A DNA stretch of 64,000 bases, taken from the NCBI GenBank assembly GCA_963813335.1, contig CAWEYL010000006.1:90185-154184 (forward strand), in the 5' to 3' direction. Within the stretch, counting starts at the first letter, position 1; every line of letters starts with the position of its first letter. The notes beneath the pieces are model-generated. The model was not told the origin of the DNA. It saw only the letters and a list, made by a program, of their open reading frames with translations, and did not search any database. This document shows positions 19,796-30,144 of this stretch, in pieces. The DNA is from an uncultured Chloroflexia bacterium (GTDB lineage Bacteria > Chloroflexota > Limnocylindria > Limnocylindrales > CSP1-4). A program made the translations under genes and the position numbers.

Positions 19796-21139
19796 TCAGC
19801 GCGGGCGGCGGACCCCGATCACGACCGCGGCGATCACGAGCGAGGCGGTCGCCCCGAGCCCGATGGCAGTCAGGGCGCCGCCGGCGACGACCAGCGGGTC
19901 CAGCCCGGGCGGCACGCCGACCGTCAGCGCCGCGACGCCAGCATCCAGGACGACGAGACGCACCACGGCGGCCCGACCGAGGAGCCCGCGTTGTCGTGCG
20001 TGCGCGGCGGGATCACCCGGGCCGATCGCCGGCAGCAGATGCGTCGCCGAAGCGACGATCGCGAGCCCGACCCAGCCGACGATGAGCGGACCGGCGATCG
20101 CCTCGACCGACCATCCCGCCGGATCGGCGCCGAACACCAGCACCCGCCCGGACGCGATCGCGATCCCCACCTCGAGCCATGCGATCGCTGACACGAGGCC
20201 GTCCATCGCGAAGCGATGCCAACCCGGGTCCGTCGTCCATCGGCCTCGCGACAGCCAGGTTCGCCAGGCATATACGGCGAGGCCGCCTGCCCCGGCGATG
20301 GTTCCGATGGCACCGACTCGAGCGACGGGATCCGACCCCATCACGAAGCCCAGGGCGACGACCGGTGCGCCGGAGGCCAGACCATAGACGGTCACCCGCG
20401 CACTCGGGCGAAGGGCGATCCGCGCACCGACGACGGTCGGGAAGAAGTGGAGCAACGTCGTGGCGATGACGAGGGAGACGAATCCGACGAGATTCAGCCA
20501 CGCGTGGGCCGGCTTGATCCTGGCCCAGCCCTCGACGACCGGCGACCAACCAGCGACCAGGAGGGTCGCGATGCTCGCCCCGACCACCACCTCGCCAAGG
20601 GCGATCGCGTAGCCCTGGCTCACAAGTCCTCGGCTCGGCCCGAGCGCTCGACCAAGCGTGCGGATCGTCACGATCGCGGTCAGGACGATGCCTGCCACGA
20701 ACGCCATGCCGCCGGCAGTGGCGAGTCGGACCTCGTTCCCCACCACGCCGATCGAAACGGCGGCGGCGCCGAGGGCGACCGCACCCACCGAGGCCGCCCG
20801 TGACCTGGGATCGGCGGGGGGCGCCGCCGAGAGTGCAGCCGCGAAGAAGGGCATCACACCGGCGATCGCCGTCGTTGCGCCGCCCGCGAGGGCGAGGTGC
20901 AGCGGGAGCCAGAGGCCGCGCCGAACGCTCTCGGGCAGGAACATCGCGACGACCGCCGCGATGAGGAACCCCACCGAGATGACGATGGCCGCCAGCGCCA
21001 CGAGCCGGTCCGACGAACGGTCGATGGGTCCGACACGGCGACGCGGGACGGTGGGGTCGATCACGGGACGGCCAGCATACCGCCGCACGAGCGGCACTCC
21101 GACCAGCGACGATCGGGTCTTGTCCAGCCCGCCCGTCAT
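19796..21139 (-). CDS. Polytopic (~12 TM) membrane protein with His in TM helices (NnrS-like)
   Basis: WLPLHLALAG, AHAWLNLVGF, LLHFFPTV, ATHLLP; start uncertain. Confidence 0.6.
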   Translation of the reverse strand: MTGGLDKTRSSLVGVPLVRRYAGRPVIDPTVPRRRVGPIDRSSDRLVALAAIVISVGFLIAAVVAMFLPESVRRGLWLPLHLALAGGATTAIAGVMPFFAAALSAAPPADPRSRAASVGAVALGAAAVSIGVVGNEVRLATAGGMAFVAGIVLTAIVTIRTLGRALGPSRGLVSQGYAIALGEVVVGASIATLLVAGWSPVVEGWARIKPAHAWLNLVGFVSLVIATTLLHFFPTVVGARIALRPSARVTVYGLASGAPVVALGFVMGSDPVARVGAIGTIAGAGGLAVYAWRTWLSRGRWTTDPGWHRFAMDGLVSAIAWLEVGIAIASGRVLVFGADPAGWSVEAIAGPLIVGWVGLAIVASATHLLPAIGPGDPAAHARQRGLLGRAAVVRLVVLDAGVAALTVGVPPGLDPLVVAGGALTAIGLGATASLVIAAVVIGVRRPR

Positions 21140-21419
21140 GCCTAGACTCGCGCCCGTGGACGCCACGCCGACCCTTCGGATCGCGACCCTCGACGACGCC
21201 GCGGCGATCCTCGAAGCCTGCGAGGCGGCCGCCCTCGCCGAGGGCTTCACGACCCTGGCCCTGATCGCCACGCTGCCGGGCGTGCTGCTCTACGAGAAGT
21301 TCGGCTTCGAACGGGTCGAGGACGCCGAGGTCACCATGCCGGACGGCACGACCGTCGCCGCGGTCAGCATGCGGATGGCCGTCCCGAGGTCAGCGGCTAG
21401 CAGGCCGTCGGCGATGTAA
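21138..21419 (+). pseudogene. Internally deleted GNAT acetyltransferase remnant
   Basis: LRIATLDD start joined directly to ILEACEAAALAEGFTTLALIATLPG..LYEKFGF; acetyl-CoA motif A absent. Confidence 0.6.
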
Positions 21420-21449
21420 CGACCGCCGTCCGGGCGGCATCTGTAGGTC

Positions 21450-21989
21450 ATGATCGAAGGCGTGATCGGAGAGGCCGAGCCGGGGTCGTCAGTCGTCGAG
21501 CGCGCGGTCGCGGGCGATGAGGTCGCGTTCGCCCGGATCGTCGCCGCGCATCACGGCGACATGGCGCGCATCGCGTACTTCGTGTGTGGCGACCTCGACA
21601 TCGCGGAAGAGGCCGAGCAGGCGGCCTGGGCGGTCGCCTACCGCCGGCTGAAGGACCTGCGCGACCCCGACCGCCTGCGCCCGTGGCTGATGTCGGTCGC
21701 CGCCAATCAGGCTCGTCAGATCGCCCGAAGCCAACGACGGCGCACGGTCCGGGAGCTGGCCGTCACGGACCCGGCACGACCGCGCGACGCCGACCACGCC
21801 GCCCTGATCGACCTTGCGGACGCCCTCGGCCGGCTCGACCCGAAGGACCGGGCGATCGTCGCGCTGCGCTACATCGGCGGCTTCGAGTCGGCGGAGATCG
21901 GCGATGCCCTGGGGATGACCGCGACGGGCGTGCGCGTGCGCCTCCATCGACTGCTCGAGCGGCTGCGAAAGGACCTCGGCGATGACTGA
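21450..21989 (+). CDS. ECF RNA polymerase sigma-70 factor
   Basis: AGDEVAFARIV, LRDPDRLRPWL, region 4 AEIGDALG..ATGVRVRLHR. Confidence 0.9.
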   Translation: MIEGVIGEAEPGSSVVERAVAGDEVAFARIVAAHHGDMARIAYFVCGDLDIAEEAEQAAWAVAYRRLKDLRDPDRLRPWLMSVAANQARQIARSQRRRTVRELAVTDPARPRDADHAALIDLADALGRLDPKDRAIVALRYIGGFESAEIGDALGMTATGVRVRLHRLLERLRKDLGDD

Positions 21990-23335
21990 CCAGAAGGCGA
22001 TGGAGCCGTTCGAGACGCGGTTTGCCGATCTCGTCCAAACCTATACCGATCCGGCGAGTGCGCGGCCTGTCGATGCCCTCGCGGTCTCGCGCAGCGCGAT
22101 GGCGGCCTCGAGAACGGCCGGCTGGTCCGTGCGCCGGATGGGCGCCGGCTCGCTCGGTCGGCGCATCGATGGCGGCCGCTGGGCGGCAGCCGCCCTGGCC
22201 GTCGTCCTGGTCAGTGTCGTGGGGTTCGCGATCGTGTCGCGGTCGTCCGACTCCGGCATCGGCCAGCAGCCGACACCCTCCGCATCGGCGGCGCCCACTC
22301 CTCGCGCGTCCGCGGTGGGACCGGTCCCCGAGGTCCTGCAACACCTGTGGCAGCGGCCGCTGCCGGTGGCACCCGGCGATGCGTGGGCCACCGCCTATCT
22401 CGGCGTGGCGGGCGGCGTCATCGCCGTCGGACCGGTCTCAAGTCTCGCCGGGGCGTCCGAAATCGACCGCCGCGAGCTCCGGCCCGGACACCGTCGTGGT
22501 GACCGCGAAGGCCGGGACATCCGGGTGTGGGCCAGGCGATGTCGGGGTCTACCGCTTCGTGCTGGAGGGAAAGGACACCTTCGTGACCCTGACGTCGGTC
22601 GGCGCCGACGCCTGCGCCGCTCGGGAAGCCGCACTGACCGGCCCCTGGGTGCGCGCCGACATGCCCCCGCCCGACGAAGGCCTGACGCTGTCCCCAGGGA
22701 CGTACGACACGACAGGGTTCGATCCGTTCGCCGACGACGCTGTCCCCGGGCGCCAGTCGTACACCGTCCCGGCGGGGTGGAAGGTGAAGGAGGATAGCGC
22801 GACGGCGTTCGTGCTCCACTACCTCGCCGACGCCTCGGCGGGCCAGCCCGTCAGGGACACATTCATCTTCGAGCTCGCCCGGCCGCGGCTGGCGGCGGCC
22901 TTCAAGGACGGGGCGATCTGTGGACCGTTCGGCGACGAGCCCGGGGTCGGGCAGGGTGTCGACGACATCGTGGCCGCGCTCGTCGCGCGGCCTGGCGTGG
23001 TTTCGACGTCGCCGGAGGCAGTGTCCGTCAGCGGCTACGAGGGCACTCTCCTTGATCTGAGCGTGGCGCCATCCTGGACCGGTGGCTGCGTGGCGCCGGA
23101 AGGACCGATGGTCGGGATTCCGGTCCTCCGCGGCTCGGGAGGCGAGCTCGGCCCAACGATCGGCCTCGTCCCCGACGCGCCGATCCGGCTCATCCTCGTC
23201 GACGTCGGCGGCGGGCGCACCATGGCCATCGCCGTGGCCTGTTCGGCGGCGCCAGGGACCTCCCAGTTCGATGCGCAGCTCAAGGCGGCGATGCCGGTCA
23301 TCGAGAGCATCGAGCTCCACCCGCCGGCGCCGTAG
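21982..23335 (+). CDS. Putative anti-sigma/membrane-anchored protein with extracellular domains; +1 frameshift near 22457
   Basis: Overlaps the sigma stop; TM WAAAALAVVLVSVVGFAIV; coding-like sequence continues in the 22022..23335 frame. Confidence 0.65.
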
Positions 23336-23446
23336 GACGAGATCGCGAGCCGCTCGACAGATCGGGGGATTCGCCCCTTTCGTCCGAGGTGGGGACCGTC
23401 CGACGATCGATGCGTCATGGACCAGCCATCGATCGGAGGTCGACCT

Positions 23447-24019
23447 ATGCGCATCCCACACGTCCGCGCCGCCATCCTCGTTGCGGCCGTGCTGTCGCTC
23501 AGCGCCTGCAGTAGCACGACGGCACCCGGCGGCAGCGACGCCGTCCCGAGCAGCGCTCGCGGCCCCGCCGTCAGTGGCGCCACCGGCGGCGCGACCGGAG
23601 ACGGCAGCGCGTCCGCACCGTCGGCGGGAGGGGATGCGCTCACGAACGCGTGCGGGCTCCTCACCGCCGAGGAGATCCAGCAGGCCGTCGGGTTCGCGGT
23701 CAAGCCGGGGGTCCTCCAGAACAGCGACAACCAGTCCGATTGCGAATGGGCGAACGCGCAGGACGACTCGGCTTCCGTGGGCCTGACGGTCTCGGCGTAC
23801 GACGACTTCCTGTGGCAGACGGGCAGCGCCGCGTCGAACAGCAAGCCAGTGTCCGGCATCGGCGACGCGGCCTTCAAGGGCTGGCCGACCTTCGCCGATC
23901 TGACCATCAAGGTGAAGGGCTACCAGGTCGTCGTGGCGATCGCCGACTTCCAGGCGAAGCAGGACGCGATCGACAGCGCGAACCTTGCGATGGCGAAGCT
24001 CGTGCTGTCGCGCCTCTGA
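23447..24019 (+). CDS. Lipoprotein (DUF3558-like)
   Basis: Lipobox LSAC; NACGLLTAEEI...CEW...VSGIGDAAF. Confidence 0.75.
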   Translation: MRIPHVRAAILVAAVLSLSACSSTTAPGGSDAVPSSARGPAVSGATGGATGDGSASAPSAGGDALTNACGLLTAEEIQQAVGFAVKPGVLQNSDNQSDCEWANAQDDSASVGLTVSAYDDFLWQTGSAASNSKPVSGIGDAAFKGWPTFADLTIKVKGYQVVVAIADFQAKQDAIDSANLAMAKLVLSRL

Positions 24020-24080
24020 TCGCGACGGCGAGCATCCACGCTGGACGGTGGTCCGCCGTGACCGGCCGTAGAGTATCGGC

Positions 24081-26900
24081 GTGGGCGCGGTCAGGGTCCC
24101 AGCCGATGTCATCGGACGTCAGGTCGAGCTTGCAGCCGTCGACCGGTTCGTCGAGCGGCTCCGGCGCGGCCCGGCGAGCCTGGTCATCCACGGTGAGGCC
24201 GGGATCGGCAAGACCGCGATCTGGCGAGCCGCAGTCGAGCGCGCGCAGGCGAGCGGCGCGGTCGTCCTTCGATCGGCACCGGCCGAATCCGAGGGCCAGC
24301 TGACCCTCGGCGGGCTCACGGACCTCCTGTCGGAGGTCAGCACCGATCGGATGGCGGCGCTCCCCGCGGTCCAGCGCCATGCCCTGGAGATCGCGGTCCT
24401 TCGGACCGAACCATCCGGTCAGCTTCCGGACCAGCGGACGCTGTCCGTGGCGACCACGACGCTGATCCAGCAGCTTGCCGACGAGGCCCGGCTCGTCATC
24501 GCGATCGACGACGCGCAGTGGGTCGACGAGGCCTCGCGCACGATCCTGGCGTATGCCGTCCGGCGCCTCGCGGACCGGACCGCGGGGATCCTGCTGGCCG
24601 TGCGCGGCGATCCGACCCCCTCGACGCTGGAGCTCGCCGCGGGCGTCCCGGACGATGCGCGGGACTCGGTGCGGCTCGGGCCGATGCCGCTCGCCGCCCT
24701 GCACCAGCTCTTCATGGCCCGCTTCGGCCGATCGTTCCCGCGCCTCGTGCTCGTCCGCATCGAGGAGGCCTCCGGCGGCAACCCGTTCTATGCACTCGAG
24801 ATCGCACGGACGCTCGCCACAGCGGAGCCGGTCGTGCGGCCGGGTGATCCCCTGCCGATCCCGGCGACCCTCGGTGCGCTCGTCGAGGCGCGGATCGGTG
24901 CCTTGCCGTCGTCGACCCGGTCGGCGCTGTTGCTGACGGCCGTGGCGGCCGAGCCGACCCTCGACACCCTTCGTCGCGTCGACCCCGACGCCGCGTCGGC
25001 CCTCGGATCGGCCTTCGAGGCGGGCGTCATCGCGATGGACCGCCGGTCCATCCGGTTCACGCACCCGCTCCTGGCGCATGCGGTGATCGGCCTGGCGACA
25101 CCGGCCGAGGTCCGCCGCGCCCATGCCTCGCTGGCCCGGGCGGCGACGTCCGACGACGTTCGGGGGCGTCACCTGGGGGGCGCGACCGAGGGCCGCGATG
25201 CGCGCGTCGCCGCGGCGCTCGAGGCGGCAGCCGGAGCCGCTCGGGACCGCGGCGCGACCATCGACGCCGCGTCCCTCTTCGAGCGGGCGAGCGACCTCAC
25301 GCCCGAGGAATCCGGCGACGAGGCCCTTCGCCGGGCGACGTCGGCCGCGGAATGCCTCTTCATCGACGTGTCGGAGATGGTCCAGGCGGACGCCATCCTC
25401 GACGCCGCGATCTCCGTGGCCGCGCCCGGCCCGACGCGCGCCGAGGCGCTCAGCCTCCGGGCCCTCATCCGCTACTACCACGGCCAGACCCCGGCGGCGG
25501 TCCGGCTTGGCGAGCAGGCGATCGACGAGGCGGGAGACGACCCGATCCGGCGCGCCAGGATCCTCGGCCGGGTCGCGTTCCTGGTCATGCAGGTCGATCT
25601 CGAGCGAGGCAGTGCCCTGGTGGCGGAGGCCATGGGGCTTCTCGAGACGGTCGATGGGACGACGCCCGTCGACCCCGACCTCCTGGCGAACGTGCTCCTC
25701 CTGCACGCGACCTCCGAGCTGGGGCTCGTCCGCGGCTACCTCGCCGACGAGATCGCCCGCGGGACCGCCTTGATCAGCGAAGGTGGTCGCACATGGGAAC
25801 ACGACGGCGCCGACGGGATCGCCTACGGTCTCGCGCGCCAGCTCGACGACGTCGATCGGGCGATCGAGATGACGGAGCGACTCATCCGGGCCAAGTCCGG
25901 CCCGGGCGGGGACGACCCGTTCAACCTCGTTTCGCTCTCGGGCCTGCAGGTCTTCCGCGGCGACCTGGCGGCGGCCCGGTCGACGGCCGACGCGGCGCTC
26001 GAGGGTTACGCCCGTGAGGGCGCCGACGTCTTCCCGTCATGGCGGCTGCGCGGGGTCGCCCTGGTCGCCGCGTACCTGGGCCATGTCGACGAAGCCCGGC
26101 GACTGGCCGGCGAGGGACTGGAGCTCGCGGTCGCGAGCGGGGACCTCGCTCTCGAGGTCTATCACCGCCACATCCTCGGGTTCGTCTCCTTGTCGGTCGG
26201 CGAGGTTCAGGACGCGGACGTCCAGCTGACGATGGCCGCCCGGGCGGCGGAGGCCAGCGGCACTCGTCACCCGGGGCGGTTCAAGCTGGACGGCGACCGC
26301 CTCGAGGCCGCCCTGGCGGTCGGCGACACGGACCGTGCCGAGCGGATCGTGGCGTGGCTCGAGCATGCCGGCGACGTCGCGCCGACCCCGTGGACCCTCG
26401 CGATCGGCGCGCGGGGTCGCGGCCTGCTCGACGCGGCGAACGGCGACCTCGACGCGGCCCTGCGGTCTCTGCAGGGAGCCCTGGCCGAGCACGAGCGCCT
26501 GCCGATGCCGTTCGAGCGCGCCAGGACGCTGCTCGCCATCGGTCAGGTCCATCGACGCCGGAAGGAGAAGCGGCTCGCCGACGAGCGATTCCGCGAGGCC
26601 CTGGACAGCTTCGAAACGATCGGCACACCGCTGTGGGCGGACCGGGCGAGGGCGGAGCGGGCGCGCGTCGGCCTCCGGCCGCGTGCCCCCGAGGATCTGA
26701 CCGAGACGGAGCGACGTGTCGCCGAACTCGCCGCCATCGGGCTGTCCACCCGAGAGATCGCGGAACGGGTGTTCCTGGCGCCGAAGACGGTCGGCAACGT
26801 TCTCGGACGAGTGTACGAGAAGCTGGGCATCCATTCGCGGGCCGAGCTCGGCGCGCGGATGGGCGGCAGCGTCGCGCCCGAGGGCCTTGGCCCGGACTGA
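24081..26900 (+). CDS. Large AAA(STAND)-LuxR transcriptional regulator (MalT/LAL-like)
   Basis: GEAGIGKT, IDDAQWVD, SGGNPFYALE, FTHPLL, LTETERRVAELAAIG...VYEKLGIHSRAEL. Confidence 0.92.
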   Translation: MGAVRVPADVIGRQVELAAVDRFVERLRRGPASLVIHGEAGIGKTAIWRAAVERAQASGAVVLRSAPAESEGQLTLGGLTDLLSEVSTDRMAALPAVQRHALEIAVLRTEPSGQLPDQRTLSVATTTLIQQLADEARLVIAIDDAQWVDEASRTILAYAVRRLADRTAGILLAVRGDPTPSTLELAAGVPDDARDSVRLGPMPLAALHQLFMARFGRSFPRLVLVRIEEASGGNPFYALEIARTLATAEPVVRPGDPLPIPATLGALVEARIGALPSSTRSALLLTAVAAEPTLDTLRRVDPDAASALGSAFEAGVIAMDRRSIRFTHPLLAHAVIGLATPAEVRRAHASLARAATSDDVRGRHLGGATEGRDARVAAALEAAAGAARDRGATIDAASLFERASDLTPEESGDEALRRATSAAECLFIDVSEMVQADAILDAAISVAAPGPTRAEALSLRALIRYYHGQTPAAVRLGEQAIDEAGDDPIRRARILGRVAFLVMQVDLERGSALVAEAMGLLETVDGTTPVDPDLLANVLLLHATSELGLVRGYLADEIARGTALISEGGRTWEHDGADGIAYGLARQLDDVDRAIEMTERLIRAKSGPGGDDPFNLVSLSGLQVFRGDLAAARSTADAALEGYAREGADVFPSWRLRGVALVAAYLGHVDEARRLAGEGLELAVASGDLALEVYHRHILGFVSLSVGEVQDADVQLTMAARAAEASGTRHPGRFKLDGDRLEAALAVGDTDRAERIVAWLEHAGDVAPTPWTLAIGARGRGLLDAANGDLDAALRSLQGALAEHERLPMPFERARTLLAIGQVHRRRKEKRLADERFREALDSFETIGTPLWADRARAERARVGLRPRAPEDLTETERRVAELAAIGLSTREIAERVFLAPKTVGNVLGRVYEKLGIHSRAELGARMGGSVAPEGLGPD

Positions 26901-26953
26901 TCGGGGTAACCGCCCCTTTCGTCGCGCCGCGGCGCGAACCTACCGTCATCGCG

Positions 26954-27256
26954 ATGGAAGACCACGTCCCCGACGCGCCCCTGACCCGGACGTTCCTGGT
27001 GGAGCGGTATTGGCCGGACGTCGACGAGTCGACGGCCCGGGCGGCCATCACGAGCCTCGAACAGGTCGCGTCGGCGATGACCGCCGAGGGCACGCCCGTC
27101 GAGCACGTCGTCTCGATCCTGATGCCGGGCGACCAGGTCGTCTTCTCGCTCATCCAGGCCGCCGACGAGACCGTCGCGCGACAGGTCAACGAGCGCGCGG
27201 GGATCCCGCTGGACCGAGTGACGGCCGCTGTCGCCCTCGGCCGCCACGACCGCTAG
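26954..27256 (+). CDS. DUF4242/SCO4226-like small protein
   Basis: FLVERYWP...VNERAGIPLDRVT; such genes commonly follow LuxR-AAA regulators. Confidence 0.72.
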   Translation: MEDHVPDAPLTRTFLVERYWPDVDESTARAAITSLEQVASAMTAEGTPVEHVVSILMPGDQVVFSLIQAADETVARQVNERAGIPLDRVTAAVALGRHDR

Positions 27257-27347
27257 ACCTGGAACCTTCCTGGCGGAAGACGGTGGCGCGTCGACGACCG
27301 GCTTGCCTCGGCCCGTCGAGGGGCGCATCCTCGACCCGGAACCGCTG

Positions 27348-28052
27348 ATGCAGAGACGCCGGTCGAGCCCGCGCTTCGCCGCCATCGTCGCGATGTCCGT
27401 CGTCGTCGCGGCGTGCGGCTCGGGGCCGAACGGGACCGGTCCGGCATCGACGGATGGAGGGTCGACCGTGGCGACACAGCGTTCGACCTCGCCTGCGCCG
27501 GCGACTGCCGGCACCTCGAGCACGCCCTCGACGAGCACGGGCTCGTCCGCGACGCCGGCGTCGCCGTCGCCGACCGAGGCACCCAGGGCCACCCCGACCC
27601 CGGGTCCGTTCACCCTGACATCGTCGGCCTTCGCCGAGGGCGGGCCGATCCCGACGGCCCAGACCTGCGACGGCGCCGATCGGTCACCAGCGCTCGCGTG
27701 GACGGGCGTGCCGGCCGGTACAGGCGCCCTCGTCCTCGTCGTCGACGACCCGGACGCCCGCGACTTCGTGCATTGGCTCGTCATCGACCTGCCGGCGGAC
27801 GCCACGGGCTCGCTGCCCGCGAACATCGCGGCCGGGACCTCACCGCCGCAGCAGGGTCGCAACGACTTCGGGCGCGTCGGCTGGGGCGGGCCGTGTCCGC
27901 CGTCGGGCACCCACCACTATCGGTTCACGCTGTCGGCACTGGCGGCGCCGCTCGGCCTGGGCGGTCACCCGGACGGCGCCGCGGTCCGGGCGGCGCTGCG
28001 GGCCGCGACGATCATCAAGCAGGCCCGCCTCACCGGGACCTACCACCGCTGA
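27348..28052 (+). CDS. YbhB/YbcL (PEBP) family lipoprotein
   Basis: VAAC lipobox; LTSSAF, SPALAW, DPDA, HW, GRNDFG, GPCPP..HHYRF. Confidence 0.9.
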   Translation: MQRRRSSPRFAAIVAMSVVVAACGSGPNGTGPASTDGGSTVATQRSTSPAPATAGTSSTPSTSTGSSATPASPSPTEAPRATPTPGPFTLTSSAFAEGGPIPTAQTCDGADRSPALAWTGVPAGTGALVLVVDDPDARDFVHWLVIDLPADATGSLPANIAAGTSPPQQGRNDFGRVGWGGPCPPSGTHHYRFTLSALAAPLGLGGHPDGAAVRAALRAATIIKQARLTGTYHR

Positions 28053-28123
28053 CCGTCGGCGCCGACTGCAGCCGATCGGCGGCACTGCTCTCCTCGGAGG
28101 GCATCGGGTATCCTGTGGCCCGC

Positions 28124-28198
28124 GCCGACATAGCTCAGCGGTAGAGCAGCTGTTTCGTAAACAGCAGGTCCTCGGTTCAAATCCGAGTGTCGGCTCCA
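28124..28198 (+). tRNA. tRNA-Thr (CGT)
   Basis: GCCGACA acceptor stem, TAGCTCAGCGGTAGAGC D-arm, gctgt-TTCGTAA-acagc anticodon arm, GGTTCAAATCC T-arm, CCA end. Confidence 0.96.
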
Positions 28199-28338
28199 CT
28201 CCCCCTCTCCGAATCGCCCGGTGAGGCCGCGAATCTCGTGGCATGCATCTGCCACTTCGCTGACGGCCTGCCGCGTGCCCCTTGGCCCGACGCTCGGGAC
28301 ATTCGACTCTGGCCCGGGACTGGGTCGGGGAGCAAGGT

Positions 28339-29061
28339 GTGACCGTGACGACGGCCATCGATGCGATCGCCGAGCCCGGGCGTGGCCCGGAACCCGGGCT
28401 GCCGTCCGCGCTGCCCTACGGGCCGGTCATGACGCGGCTCCTGCGGCCACTCCAGCACGGGTTCCTCGTCCTGAACCGCGGGTTCATGGCGCCGCTGGCG
28501 CATCGCCGACTCGGCTGGCTGGTCGGCAGTCCGCTGACGGGGCACATCATGGTTCTCCGGACGCACGGACGGCGGTCCGGCCTTGTCCGCGAGGCGCCGC
28601 TCGGATACGTCATTCGCGACGGCGCCGTCTACTGCGTGGCTGGCTACGGGACGCAGACGCCGTGGTTCCGAAACCTCGTCGACGACCCGGCCGTCGAGGT
28701 CCTCCTGCCGACTCGCCGCTTCCGGGGGGTCGCGACGCCGGTCGACGCCCCAGACGAGTGGCTGGCGGCCTACCGGGCGCTCATCGCGAGCTTCGGGCTC
28801 CTCGGGCGGGCGGTCGTCGGCGACATCGACCGGGTCGCCGATGCCGAGCTCCTCGCGCGGCATCGCGTTCTGCCGATCGTCCGCATCCGGCCCGCCGACG
28901 GTGGGCCGCCGCTGACCCCGGGTCCCTTCGATCCCGGCGGCCGTGGCTGGCTGATCCCGTGGGCGGCGATGATCGTCTCGCTGATCGCCGTACGCCGACT
29001 CGCGACCGCCAGACGGCTGACCAAGCGGCAGGCGTCAAGAGCGGATGCGCAGGCTGGATGA
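28339..29061 (+). CDS. Deazaflavin (F420)-dependent nitroreductase-family oxidoreductase
   Basis: VLRTHGRRSGLVREAPL, WFRNLVDDPAVEV; C-terminal TM; start approximate. Confidence 0.8.
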   Translation: MTVTTAIDAIAEPGRGPEPGLPSALPYGPVMTRLLRPLQHGFLVLNRGFMAPLAHRRLGWLVGSPLTGHIMVLRTHGRRSGLVREAPLGYVIRDGAVYCVAGYGTQTPWFRNLVDDPAVEVLLPTRRFRGVATPVDAPDEWLAAYRALIASFGLLGRAVVGDIDRVADAELLARHRVLPIVRIRPADGGPPLTPGPFDPGGRGWLIPWAAMIVSLIAVRRLATARRLTKRQASRADAQAG

Positions 29062-30096
29062 GCACGCCAGGCAACCGATGGCACCAGTGGGCGGAGCCGC
29101 TGCCGTGGCTGCTCGAACCTGCGACGCCAGCCGTGCGGCACGTGGCCCTGCGGGACCTGCTCGATCGATCAGCCGATGATCCCGAGGTCGTCGCGGCGCT
29201 CGACGCTGCGATGCGCACTGACCCGATCGCCTCGATCCTCGCCGCGCAATCCCCCGACGGCTATTGGGAGAAGCCCGGACCCGGCTACGCGACCAAGTAC
29301 CGCGGCACTGTCTGGCAGTTGATGTTCCTCGACCAGCTCGGTGCCGATCCGGCCGATGAGCGCATCCAGCGGGCCTGCACCTACGTCCTCGAGCATGCAG
29401 TGACCTCGAACGGCGGGTTCGGCGCATCGGGGCGCCTCGGCGAGCACCCGCCCCCGCCGTCCGCGGTCATCCACTGCCTCAACGGCAACCTGCTCCGGGC
29501 ACTCATCGGCTTCGGCTGCCTCGACGATCCGCGAGTCCAGGGCGCCGATCGAGTGGGAGGCACGATCGATCACCGGCGAGGGCGTCGAGCGCTGGTACGC
29601 GTCGGGGACGAGCGGTCCGGGTTTCGCGTGCGCCGTAAATGACGAGCAGCCGTGCGCGTGGGGCGCCGTCAAGGGGCTGCTGGGCCTGGCCCGCATCCCG
29701 CCACTCCAGCGATCGCCGCTGGTCGAGCGCGCGCTGGAGGCGGGGGCGGCCTTCCTCCTCAGCCGCGATCCGGCCGACGCCGATTACCCGATGGGCTGGG
29801 GCAACACCCGGCCCAACGGCTCGTGGTTCAAGCTCGGCTTCCCGTCGGGCTACGTGACCGACGTGCTCCAGAACCTCGAGGCGCTCGTCGAACTAGGGCA
29901 TGGCGGCGATCCGCGCCTTTCCGGTGCGCTCGAGTGGCTCGTCGCCAGGCAGGACGCTCGCGGACGCTGGCGCAACGAGTACGCCTACAACGGCAAGACG
30001 TGGATCGACATCGAGCGCCAGGGCCAGCCGAGCAAGTGGGTCACCCTGCGCGCTGGCCGCGTGCTCCGTCACGTCGAGCAGCGTCCGCATCCCTGA
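29058..30096 (+). CDS. Prenyltransferase/squalene-oxidase-repeat alpha/alpha-barrel protein; +1 frameshift near 29547
   Basis: AQSPDGYW, KYRGTVWQL, CLNGNLL, then IEWEAR...PCAWGAVK...FPSGYVTDVLQNL...RQDARGRW...PSKWVTLRA in the shifted frame. Confidence 0.72.
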
Positions 30097-30144
30097 CTCC
30101 GCGCGAGTCTTGATTCAGATCCGAGTGTCGGCTCCACTCCCCTG

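Larger units (their letters stand above)
28176..30142. mobile_element. tRNA-Thr-anchored islet bounded by 29-bp direct repeats (att-like), no integrase
   Basis: ttca[a/g]atccgagtgtcggctccactcccc at 28176-28204 and 30114-30142 (24 bp identical). Confidence 0.75.

Noticed and set aside
29058-30096. Nitrogenase NifH (a label sometimes attached to this family)
   Set aside because: No GKGGIGKS P-loop or Fe-S ligands; QxxDGxW repeats indicate an alpha/alpha barrel
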